Source: Paramoeba atlantica (lineage: Eukaryota; Protista; Discosea). From it: a stretch of DNA of 64,000 nt. Below are positions 1 through 10,460 of the stretch, in pieces. The DNA lies in the NCBI GenBank assembly GCA_977017575.1, contig CDRNVI010000043.1, positions 620,001 to 684,000 on the forward strand. The letters run 5' to 3'. Both the position numbers and the translations under genes were made by a program. Under the pieces are notes generated by a model that saw only the letters and a list, made by a program, of their open reading frames with translations, was not told the DNA's origin and made no database searches. How positions within the stretch are numbered: the first letter of the stretch is position 1; each line of letters opens with the position of its first letter.

Positions 1-20
1 TCGTATTCTTTTTGGTTCAA

Positions 21-2438
21 CTACAGCTGTAAAATGGCTTGAGAAACCTGAAAAGAAACGTCATCCTCAGCTCCGGCATCATCAGAAGATGTACCACGGT
101 GTAGTAAAGTTTCCTGTTCTAATTTTATCAATGACTCTCGAATAAGTTGATACAACTCCGTGGAATTGACGCCACCCGCGATTTCTGGCGCACTGATGGC
201 GAGGTAGTCCGCTATATCGGAAACACGAAATCCTTCTTGAGGCAATTCTGCAATCTTACTTTTTACAAGATCGTATATCTCCGACCCACGCGAGGACGAT
301 GATTGATTTGACGCGTTGCTTTCATCAATATTAGGAATGCCTTGGTTCTCTTGTGCAAAGTCGGAACTGATGTCTGTGTGTGTCATTGAAGCCTTCATAA
401 GTGTCAATGCCATTCGAACGTGATCCGTTCGGACTTCGTCGTCGAGGTGCAGTCGTGCAACGGCTTCGGATAACCGAATCATCGACTCAAGTTGCCTCGT
501 GGTGTATCGAAACATTCGATGCGTCACCGTGCGCGTCTTCTCCATCCGAAGGTCTCGAAAAGCAATGGAGAGAAGGTCGCACGCACTCTCCGAAAGCCGA
601 GGTTGTACACTCGTCGCATAACTCAGGTAGAGCATAAAGTCCTCATGGCTTAGTGTTTCGTTTGTGGTGTCTTCCGGTTGCTCGGAATTATGACGATGAA
701 GGTCGGTGATTTTCTTTGCAAGCATTCTGTCCGATTTATTCGATGTATCAGCGAGAATAAATATCAAGTCAAAGCGTGAAATGATAGGTTGCGTCATGGT
801 TACATTTTGGTGCAACGGTTTGCTGATGTTATAAATTCCACCAATAGGACTGGCAGCCGCAAGAATTGACGCTCGAGCTCTCAATGTGGCCTTAATTCCG
901 GCCTTAGCAATAGAAATGGTTTGCTGTTCCATCGCCTCGTGAATGGCCACCATATCCGCCGGGTCCATCTTGTCGAAGTCATCAATGCAACACAACCCAT
1001 TGTCGGCTAACATCAACGCTCCTGCCTCGATCGTAAACTCCCCCGTGTCTGGGTCCTTGGCGACACTTGCCGTTAGTCCTGCGGCGGTGGAGGTCTTTCC
1101 GCTGGTGTATATCCCACGCGGGGCAATCTTGGAGGCCCATTTCAGAAAGTGGGATTTCCCGACAGCAGGGTCTCCAATTAAGCACAAGTTAATGTCCCCT
1201 CGCAAGGAAGACCCGTCCCGGGTCTTTTTGTGCACACCCCCGACCTGCTGCAGGAGTACACCCAGCTTGACCAGAGCGTACCCGAACAAATTCGGGCACA
1301 CACTATGCACCAGGGTGTTAAAAAACCCATCCCGGGAGACAACACGTGACGCGACGCTCTCCTGTTTGCTTCGAAGCTCTTTGGAAAGACTAAACGACTT
1401 TGTTTTCTCGTCTGCAAAAGGACGGTTGGGTGCGTACCCGGCTCGATTCGTTACTGTCATTGCAATGAAACAAAGTTTATAGGCGAGTGTGCGGGCACCA
1501 AGTTTTTTAAGCCCCTCCACACCCTCGGTTCCCATATCCGCCCTCCTTCCCTCGTTTGCATTGGGTGCCGCATCATCCACTCGGTGGGTAAGTTCCCGTC
1601 TCTCCTGCTGCGAGAACAGTTTCCCCACCTCCGGAATCATCGAAATAAACCCAATAAACCGCAACTTGTCCCCGGGAAGGGCCCGTTCCACGGACTCCCC
1701 CCTTAGAATCACATCAATACTCCGTGGGGTGGATCCCGGAAGCAGGGCCTCGGAGTCTTCCTGTACTTTTAGCTTCTGCCAGTCATTTAAAATGGTGTTG
1801 CGGTTGTAGACGACTGCCCACTGGTCGCGGTTCCCGCACCCATCCTGTTTACACACGATCGGGGTGGTGTAGGTGTAATTCTGTAGCACCGGGTCACTCA
1901 CGCAGCCACAGTTCTGACACGAGAAACAGGTCTGTAGCAACTCCGGGCGGACTTGGGTCATCCGGGTCACGGTGGCATGGAGGTTGCAGAGCAGACCGCA
2001 CTGGGACGCGCGCAGCTCACGTACGGTGTATTGTGTCGGGATGTCGTGGAAGGCGACGCTGTAGCCGAGCTCATGAGACTCCGTGGCGTCGAGACCTAAA
2101 TCCTCGGTGAGGACACGGTAGAGAGCGTGGATGAGGGGGAGACGGAAACGAGGGTAGTTGAGACGGACCAGTTCCGCCTCGGCGTAGAAGAATTTTTGGA
2201 AATGAAGCCAGCTGACGGAGAGGGTGTAGCGAAGTTCGTCGAGATCGCCGTTGGGGTCTTTTTCTGTGGATGTCAGACGACTCAAGGCACGGCTGCAGGC
2301 CAGGTCATCATCATCTATAGATATGGGGCTATCGTCATTTGACGCTTGGTGTTCAAGAATTTGAGCAATTCTGGAAAGAAAGCGGTAAAACCCCTCTTGT
2401 ACGAAGGCGGTTTCGGCTTCTTGTCCGGCGTTGTTCAT
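21..2438 (-). CDS. MCM6: DNA replication licensing factor MCM6
   Basis: 805-aa ORF with MCM zinc finger (CFSC...CKQDGC), Walker A GDPAVGKS, AAGLTASV, MEQQTISIAKAG and Arg-finger SRFDLIF; closest by eye to Mcm6. Confidence 0.92.
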   Translation of the reverse strand: MNNAGQEAETAFVQEGFYRFLSRIAQILEHQASNDDSPISIDDDDLACSRALSRLTSTEKDPNGDLDELRYTLSVSWLHFQKFFYAEAELVRLNYPRFRLPLIHALYRVLTEDLGLDATESHELGYSVAFHDIPTQYTVRELRASQCGLLCNLHATVTRMTQVRPELLQTCFSCQNCGCVSDPVLQNYTYTTPIVCKQDGCGNRDQWAVVYNRNTILNDWQKLKVQEDSEALLPGSTPRSIDVILRGESVERALPGDKLRFIGFISMIPEVGKLFSQQERRELTHRVDDAAPNANEGRRADMGTEGVEGLKKLGARTLAYKLCFIAMTVTNRAGYAPNRPFADEKTKSFSLSKELRSKQESVASRVVSRDGFFNTLVHSVCPNLFGYALVKLGVLLQQVGGVHKKTRDGSSLRGDINLCLIGDPAVGKSHFLKWASKIAPRGIYTSGKTSTAAGLTASVAKDPDTGEFTIEAGALMLADNGLCCIDDFDKMDPADMVAIHEAMEQQTISIAKAGIKATLRARASILAAASPIGGIYNISKPLHQNVTMTQPIISRFDLIFILADTSNKSDRMLAKKITDLHRHNSEQPEDTTNETLSHEDFMLYLSYATSVQPRLSESACDLLSIAFRDLRMEKTRTVTHRMFRYTTRQLESMIRLSEAVARLHLDDEVRTDHVRMALTLMKASMTHTDISSDFAQENQGIPNIDESNASNQSSSSRGSEIYDLVKSKIAELPQEGFRVSDIADYLAISAPEIAGGVNSTELYQLIRESLIKLEQETLLHRGTSSDDAGAEDDVSFQVSQAILQL

Positions 2439-2693
2439 AGTGTAGAGTACATTTTCCTAAATAGAGTGATGAAAGAAAATGGAAAGAATTCGAAAGATTT
2501 CGTCTGACAAATATTTTTGTTATGCGGGATCAGTGCTCGAAGTTTCCCACAGTTAAGGGACAAGCAAAATTGCGTACTCTTTCTTATGAGAACTTGCGCT
2601 CAAGGTTTCATCAACTTTTTTCTTCAATGGCCTATCTTTCACCATACATTTTATGTGGTACGTCAATATCTTCTGTGGTAAAGAAATATTTTT

Positions 2694-3857
2694 TCACCTA
2701 TTTATATCGTACGTGTACAGCATTCCATTCGATGACCCTAAAGTTAATTCTTTCGACAAAGGCGAAAATGCGACACTATGGATACGCCCCACACTTTCCG
2801 CTCCGCGTGAGGGGAAGTTTGAAATTGTGCATTTACTATTCATCGAATACAATCGAACCGCATTCTTCTGGGTGTTTGACGCGTACAGTAAGTATTCTGA
2901 ATGGGGATCGAAGCACAGAACATTTACGGGAGAGCGCAGATTCAAAATCTCACCAAAGGGAATAGTCGCAGAACTGTTTGCATGAGTCGCCGACTGATTA
3001 CCGACGAGTACAGCGGTTGTACGGCTTCCTTCACGATCATACAGTGAAACGGCTCCAGAATCCGAGCCCACGGCGTAGTATTTCGCACATAACGCAAAGC
3101 TTTCAATCCTCACTCCTCCAGTGTCGGTGTGTCGCAGTAGACATGACCCACCTGCCTGTCCATCTACCCCCATTCGACGCATATCCCAGAGAAATACTTC
3201 TGCGTCGCTGCACGACCATAACATTTTGTCGGTTGCGTCAAAATCAACTGTTCGAGACATCCCCGCATTAAAAATCCGTCCCACGGACTGGTTACTTCTC
3301 AAATCCACCAGCGTTATGATTCCGGAGGCTTCGCCAGAAAATGCTGCTAAACTCGAGGAGCTGTGAATATCAAACGACCGCACTTTAGGATCATCCAACC
3401 TTTTCCATTCAGTCACCATACTTGAGGTTTCCATATCAATCTGGCAGAAACGACCATTTCTTGTATTCAAGCATGCAAGTTTTAACGCGTCTTGTGGTAC
3501 AAATTTGACTCTATCCGCGGCTACTCTCACACTCGAATCCAATGTATATTTCCCCAGGTTCTCTACGGCGTAGAGCTGGACCAGTGGATTAGCACTGCCA
3601 CAGCAAACCACAACGTAGCGACTACTGGGGTGAAAAGTATGAAAACTGACACTGTTGTTATCTGGAGCTTCTACTCGTAGGGATCCAATTCGTTTGTATC
3701 TAAGCACACCTTTGCGTAGCCCCGAACGTAGGGGAATGTCGTCGTGACAGGATGGAAATGTCGGGCGCGGAGATTTGGAGGATTCGTGGGCTTCAAAGGA
3801 TGATTTTGCCCAGGATGGGAGGGTGTGGGGTGTGTGTGGTTTAATTACCTCGGACAT
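2694..3857 (-). CDS. UTP18: WD40 protein, U3 snoRNA-associated UTP18-like
   Basis: WD40 repeats; C-terminus KNAVRLYSMNSKCTISNFP...IHSVAFSPLSKELTLG resembles the UTP18 end; first ATG at 3857. Confidence 0.7.
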   Translation of the reverse strand: MSEVIKPHTPHTLPSWAKSSFEAHESSKSPRPTFPSCHDDIPLRSGLRKGVLRYKRIGSLRVEAPDNNSVSFHTFHPSSRYVVVCCGSANPLVQLYAVENLGKYTLDSSVRVAADRVKFVPQDALKLACLNTRNGRFCQIDMETSSMVTEWKRLDDPKVRSFDIHSSSSLAAFSGEASGIITLVDLRSNQSVGRIFNAGMSRTVDFDATDKMLWSCSDAEVFLWDMRRMGVDGQAGGSCLLRHTDTGGVRIESFALCAKYYAVGSDSGAVSLYDREGSRTTAVLVGNQSATHANSSATIPFGEILNLRSPVNVLCFDPHSEYLLYASNTQKNAVRLYSMNSKCTISNFPSRGAESVGRIHSVAFSPLSKELTLGSSNGMLYTYDINR

Positions 3858-5007
3858 GGGAGTAAGGAGGGAAAGTGTAATGTGCAAGGATTTATAATGT
3901 GATCTTTTTTGTAATACAGGGTTGTAAATTTGGATGTTGAGGGGTATCTAAAATTCGTAAAGCTTGACCAATTTTGCAAAATAATAGCGCATTCGAGAGC
4001 TCCCGGCCAGGACGCAGCAACGTGAATATACGGAGTCTGCGTCAATGGCTTTTCGGATGCACATAAAATAATTAGTTTTTTGGAGGGCGAACTCTTACAT
4101 TTTTCATAGTTCTTCTGTATTACCTCTGATTCGTACCACAAAAGCAAGCTGGTACACGGTTTTTGTTGCCATTACGAAGCAACATAATCATTTTCCCTTA
4201 CTGCGCGCAATTTTCAGGTTCACGAAGGTACTGTGAAGCGCTGAGTGGAGCTATATCGTGATACTGGGGAAGTACACTCCAAGAACAAGAACCACGCCCC
4301 AACGAACATTACTGTGACACCTGAGTTGCGGGAGGCTGTTTTGAAGGCAATAGAAGAGAGGGTGCGAGATCAGCCCTATGGCATCAGGAGCTGGAGTGAG
4401 TTCCATCCGCTAATGGAAAATCTTGGACTTTCTTGCTCTCGTCTTTGACGACCCAAATCATATGACAATGTTTTAGGCACAGTTCGCAAATCCCCTGCAC
4501 TCATAGCTGCAATAATAATTTTTGTAATAATCATTATTAATAATTATTATTATTCAAAAAATCAAATTATTAATATTATTAATAATTCAATATGCATTTA
4601 CACGAGGGGCTGCGAGTGACACATGAGGATCCCCTCGCATGTAGACATATGGTCGGCATTTGCAGCAGTATGATGGCAGCACCAGGGAATACCGCGAGGA
4701 GATCCAGAAAGCTCATTTTCGTTGCGACACATCATACAAAAATACGGAGTTTGACATTTCCCGGCCCTCGATATCAGCACTCCACAAGGAGTTGTTGTTG
4801 GTACAGCACATTTACCTGCGTCAGGCGTAGGCTCCTACTTCCCGCGTAGGTTGAGGTGCACATAATGATGCTCGAAGCATTAGCATCGACTCCATAAGGA
4901 GATCCCTATCAATGCACCTTTTCGGCATGAAAATATTGTTTGATACAAAATTAAGGGCGAGAAATCTGAGTGTAAAAAGCCCAATAATAATTTATTAATA
5001 ATTTATT

Positions 5008-5130
5008 AATTTTCTGTTTTAGGCTCTTCGTTAAACGGGGTGGTTGTTTTCAACTTAGAAGTCACTCATGCTGCGCACTTCGCGGTGAAAACTACCGCCG
5101 CGTTTAACGAAGAGCCTAAAACAGAAAATT
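5008..5130. repeat. Perfect 30-bp inverted repeat with 63-bp spacer
   Basis: 5008-5037 AATTTTCTGTTTTAGGCTCTTCGTTAAACG is the reverse complement of 5101-5130. Confidence 0.85.
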
Positions 5131-5899
5131 TAGCCTGGAAAACGGAAAGATTATAGCCAAAAATAGCCGAATTTCGGGTAAAAATGGGGTGATTTTCGCG
5201 TATTTTTGCTCTCAGAGCACTAAATCCGACATTTGCGCGTGGGAAATCACTCGTAGGCATGAATGGAAGCCTACCGAACGTATTGGGTAGAGAATGCGAC
5301 TCCAACCATACCATTCTTTCGACACAAAAATGCCCCTTTAGGTCCGAAAAATACTTTTTCTCCTTTTTTAGTCAAAAATGGGTCATATTGAGGGGCGCAC
5401 CACGGTTCGAAGAAGTGATACCTTGCGAGTGTTTTATCATGCACTTATAGTGCAGAGATTTGCTCACCATGTCCTTATCCCGCATACGACGGGTGGATCA
5501 TGTGAGGTTTCGTCCTCGCCGGAGGTGTGCGGGTGCGGAGAGCTGGCGTCCCAGGTGCAGAGAGCTCGGTTGTCATGTGCAGGTGCAGAGAGCCGGATGC
5601 GTAATCCCCATATTACAGTTTCGGGGGCAATCCGGGTGCAGAGAGCTGCGACAGAGCCGAGGTGCGGAGAGCTGGGCGACCGCCAGGTGCAGAGAGCCGA
5701 GTCTCGTCGGCGGAGGACACGTCTAGTGGTCCTCAAGGGAGGCCACCGTGACGCATGGCCCTCTCGGAGAGGAAAAAGACAAGTCGAAAAAAAGCCGAGA
5801 GGGGGAAGCACACTCACTCCAGGGGAGTGAGTCGGGGAGGGGTGAAGTGGTGAAAGCGCGTCCCCTGCTTCAGCGACAAGAGGGACAGTTCCGACCTTA

Positions 5900-6020
5900 G
5901 TGCCGGCCGGCAACGGGCATGAAAATACAGTAAGAGTATGCCCGTTGCCGGGGAAAGAAAGGATGAACTAAGGAAAAAGTACCAACAAGGTACAGAAACT
6001 GTATCTTTGGGACAACTGCG
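5900..6020 (-). ncRNA. Spliced-leader (mini-exon) RNA gene-like copy 1
   Basis: 6008->5983 reads AAAGATACAGTTTCTGTACCTTGTTG followed by GTAC donor, matching the kinetoplastid ACAGTTTCTGTACT..TTG|GTA core; downstream 14-bp stem 5907-5920/5938-5951. Confidence 0.72.
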
Positions 6021-6496
6021 GAGAAAGCTAGTGTAGGTCCCAATCTATCAAAATACAATAGGGGAAAAGATTTTGGAAAAATATTTTTTTTGTCATTTTT
6101 TTCGCCAAGTTAAAATTTTTTTCAATTTTTTTTTCCGAAAACATCCGAACTTGGCGGACCCGTCCTGCGGATACGCGGGGGGGTCACCCCCGGGTAGGGG
6201 GGTGGAAAATGCGCGCCATGACCCCGGCTACCCTTTCTGCGTCTTTTTTCGAAAACTAATTTTTTCGAAAAAATTTGCTCGACCAGGAAGGTTATTTTTT
6301 TAACATTTTTTTACATGTTTTCGTAAAACAAATTGGAGATGCATAGAGATATTGCTAGATAGAAAATTATTTGCGATATTTTTTAACATGTCATTACTCA
6401 ATCATCTTTAATTAACAGTGGGTTAAGCTTCGTCCCCCTCTTCCTCGCGTTGGACTCCCCAACGAACTAACAGTTTCGACCCCCGAGCCGGCGACT

Positions 6497-8343
6497 TTGT
6501 CAGTGTCTGTAGGTTCACCTCAGGGAAGGAAGAACCTCACGATGCAGGAGAAGTTGAATGTGTGTCACTCCAGTAATAGTGCACAACAACTTAGTGACAA
6601 ATACGGCATTTCGTCGCGAAGCATCCGATCCATCCGAAAAAATGGTGCCGGATTTTACCAGAAAAAGGTAAATCTAGTAAAATCTAGTAAAAGCTCAATG
6701 TATTTCCCCCAAAGACATCGATAATCGAATCAAGGAGTGGGCACAAAATTTTTACGTGCAGTACACGGTTCGAAAATATAATTATGTGTTGTTCGGGGAC
6801 GAAACTTCGCTCTCTATTGACGGACCAACCACAGGTATGAGCCTTGCTTCCATTGGTGCTCTGAACGTGCGAGTGAAGAGCACCAATGAGAAAGAGAATG
6901 TAAATGTTTTTCTGGCTGGGATATATGATGTGTCTGCGAAAAAGGCGCTCCCGTTACCTCCAACAGTCATTTTTCAATCTTCGACGAAGGAAGAAAATTC
7001 CCGCATATTAAAGGACCTCAAGAGCGTTGAAAATAAATTTGGGAAAATTTACTTTCGCGTAACCGAGTCCGGTTGGACGCAAGAGGAAATATATCCACCT
7101 ACATAGCGCTCACCGGAGATTCAAAACTTCCATCTGCAATTGTAGTTGATGATTTCACGGCGCATCGCACCAATAAATTGCCCGCGAACTGCGACGCACA
7201 CAGGATTCCTGGTGGATGTACTCCTTTCTTGCAGGTACATGATTTGATTATTATCAATTTATTCAAACGTATCTCTGAAACAGGCCTACGGGAGTGGAAA
7301 GTAAAGTTTCCTACTCAGAAAATAAAGCGAAAAGAAGTTTTGGAGCTAGTCAAAGATGCGCACGAAAAAACATGGTCCGTTCACTTCGAACAAATTAACC
7401 GTAAATGTCAACGGTACATTTTGGAACCGATGACCAACTGCCCTTGGGAATGGAAGGATCCAGGAAAAAGCTCGACTACAACCAAGCGAGAGTCGAAAAA
7501 AAGAAAAAAAGAGTCTAAGCGGAAAAACTTGCTTGGTACCCCAAATGTGACCACTCCACTTTCTTCCACACCAGTTCTCTCTTTCCCCATCAATGAATCT
7601 CCTACCCCAGCTCCAGAGCATGATTCTACTTCGACCGCAAGTGATGTAATCCCTGCTGATTCACTTCCTCCTGCATCCACTCCTCACCCTCACAGACGCC
7701 TCCCAATTAAAATCCCATTGAGCCCCAGTAAAGCGCGTGTAATGATGCAAGCAGCTCTCCCGACACCTTTACCCCTACTTCTTGATGAAGATTCTGAAGA
7801 AGACAGTACACCAGACGATTGGAAGCGCTTTCGCCGTGGTAACGTAATGATTTCTTCTCTCGTTTTGGACACCTTCTGCACAAGGGTTTTGGAATTGTAT
7901 TTGTCCGAAACCAAAGAGTCTAACATTGTCTACTGGAACATCTGGGTGACACAGAATATGTTAGCTAGAGGGATACTTCCGAAAAATGTAAATCATGCTA
8001 CTCGCATTTATGCTTTCTCCACTATGAGTATCACTATGTACTCATAGAAGTCCGGGGCCACATTATCGCCGTACATGGCAGTCAGCGCTTACACTGCTAC
8101 AAAGGCGAATCTAGATCGTTTCAAAAACTGTCTCATGAAGGTTCTGCTGGTAGATCGTCCCAATACGTACTCACTAGTATACACTAGTATGTTGATTGTC
8201 TACAACAGGAACCCGGCAACAAAGATTGTGCCCTGCATGTCATCAACAATCTAAATAATGCGTTGCGTGAGACGAAAAGCATTGTGATCACTCGCAAGCA
8301 AATTTCTAAAGAATGGTTTCCTCGAAAACAATACTTTTGTTAA
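6497..8343 (+). pseudogene. pogo/Tc2-like DDE_1 transposase with C-terminal Ulp1-like cysteine protease domain, frameshifted
   Basis: CENP-B-like HTH (RKNLTMQEKL...KYGIS), GDET, VVDDFTAH...IPGGCTPFLQVHD; after a Pro-rich linker RIYAF/LHYEYHYVLIEV and CLQQEPGNKDCALHV; several frameshifts and a stop at 8185. Confidence 0.75.
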
Positions 8344-8963
8344 AAACTTTAACAAAATATTTTAAAAGGATATTGCTCATGCAGTATGGTTTTATGCTTA
8401 CCGCCCACGTGTTTTTCTTGATTGTGCTAACATCTTTTTAATTCTCGAATATTCAGTTTATATTCTATACTCGTTGCTCTTCAACAAAAAATTTGTGCTC
8501 TCATAACTTCTCTACCATCTTATTTCTGCAATTAAGCTGTGCTCTTTATGTAGTGAACAAAATGCATTGTGCTGTTTTTGAAGTACGTTGCGCGACACTT
8601 AGTTCCCGCGCATCATGTGAGGATTGGATATATTAAAGCGAAAAGATCCAAGGTACTTTGTGCAAGTAAATAAAGATACCGTTTCTGTAAATGCGAGAGT
8701 CCTTCCACTGCGAACATCTCAGCCCTCCAACTTTTTTGAGATTAGAAGATTGGGTTTGCGAGCGCCGCGAAGCGGCGAAATTTTTTTTTTCGTCCATTTT
8801 TCAAAAAACAAAAATTCAGCCCCCCCCCCTTTATACTTCCGAAAGTCAGGTTCCCCCCTTTATACTTCCAAAAGTACTGAAACCGGCGGAAGTATAAAGG
8901 GGGGGGGGTGAGAGCAATAACAATTATTACTACCGAACTGAATTATTAATAATCCTGCAGCTA

Positions 8964-10460
8964 CCGTCACCCCCCCCTCACTTGTCCGGGCGAAAAGGCC
9001 AAAAAAGCGGAAAAGGCGGATAATTCGCGTGGTAGGACAAGTCACGTAGCATTAAGAGGAACTGTATGACACATTTTTGTATACATCCGTATACATGAAA
9101 AAAATCTTTTTCGAACTTAAAGGGGGGGATCGTTTATTGTTAACATTCGACTATTGTTAACATTCGACTATTGTTAACAATGAATTAATTTCGGTTTTTT
9201 CGTGTGACTTTTGATTTTTTTTGTTACCTATGGTCATGTTGTATAGCGTCCATGATAAGGAAAATGGTGCGCTTAACGATATGCGAAACAATGTTATTGA
9301 AACAACCTCCAGAGACACAGTTTTGGGTGAAACTGGATGGCAATTGAAAACTACATAGTTCCCTAAAGAGGTGTCATTGGAGAGTCGTTAGTAGCTCCGG
9401 CGATTGCAGTGATCTTCAGTGACCTCCAGAGAGTGCCCAAATACCCCCCATTGTTAACAATATTCGAACTTTCATTGCAACTCGTATAATGTTAACATTG
9501 GGGGGTAAATGTTCGATTATTGTTAATATTCGATTTTTTTTGGCAAAAAATGCTCGAAATGTTAACAATAAACGAGCTCCCCCTTTATTAGGTCGGCGTC
9601 AGCACCATCATCGAGTTCAGCTGGTTTAGCGAGTTCAGCGAGAGCAGCTGGTTCATAAAAGTGTTCATTGAACCATAGAACCACTGAACACACACAAGTG
9701 TTCATAGAACACATAGGTATGCTTTGTATAACCCTACGCACGATATAGAAATGACGTGGCCAAAACGTTCTAAAAATCGCTCATGTACGAGAGCGTTTTT
9801 GCACTCGCCTCGCGTATTCTCGAAAAGCCACTCGCGCTCTTCACGATTTAAGTTTTTCGCAGTCGACTGCATGTTTCTACCAAGTTCGATGTCGTTGGCA
9901 GTGATGAAGTGATTTTGGATATCCATAACAGAGGGTTCAAATAATGACAAAAAAAAAGATTTTACTCCGGAAAACCGAAATAACGACCATTTTTAATAAA
10001 AAAAACATTAATTTTTGTCCCACGAATATTAGCGACATTAAATTTTGGCTTCACTGTAAGTTTATTCTGATTTATAATACAGCTATCATTTTTAATAAAA
10101 CAGTTTCTGATCTTTCTGACATTTCCAGACGTGTCTCCCACATGGGGCATTACCGCTGTGTTTTCAGTTTTCAAAGTGATGAGTACTAGTACTTGACTAG
10201 CGTTGAATGGTTCGTAGTTTCGCTTCTTTCTGGACATCATGATTCAAATAGTTTTTAAAGAGATAATATCTGTAGACTGAGTGTCGTACTTTGTAGAGAT
10301 AGTCGTAACTGTTTTCTATTAAATATCTGCAACTTAAAAATACGAAAACTAAATTTTCAAAAATGACCTAGGGCAGAGGGGCTACCACATGACTTATCCG
10401 CCTTCAAATTCTCAAAAGCGGATGTGTCACGTGGTAGGACAAGTGAGGGGGGGGTGACGG
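8964..10460. mobile_element. Non-autonomous Tc2/pogo-type element (CCGT termini, TA TSD)
   Basis: Perfect 24-bp TIRs at 8964-8987 and 10437-10460, flanked by TA. Confidence 0.85.
9121..9584. mobile_element. MITE with AGGGGG termini nested in the CCGT element
   Basis: Imperfect TIR AGGGGGGGATCGTTTATTGTTAACATT / AATGTTAACAATAAACGAGCTCCCCCT; left flank TTAA; internal ATTGTTAACATTCGACT repeats. Confidence 0.6.

Larger units (their letters stand above)
4506..8961. mobile_element. TA-flanked composite insertion carrying an SL-like unit and a pogo-Ulp1 gene
   Basis: TA|GCTGCA...TGCAGC|TA ends with AT-rich ATAATT subterminal repeats; interrupts the Tc1 ORF. Confidence 0.55.

Noticed and set aside
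401-2342. Numerous + strand ORFs opposite MCM6 (and similarly opposite SMC1, CCT5, NBP35 and the RT genes)
   Set aside because: Antisense shadows of well-supported - strand genes.
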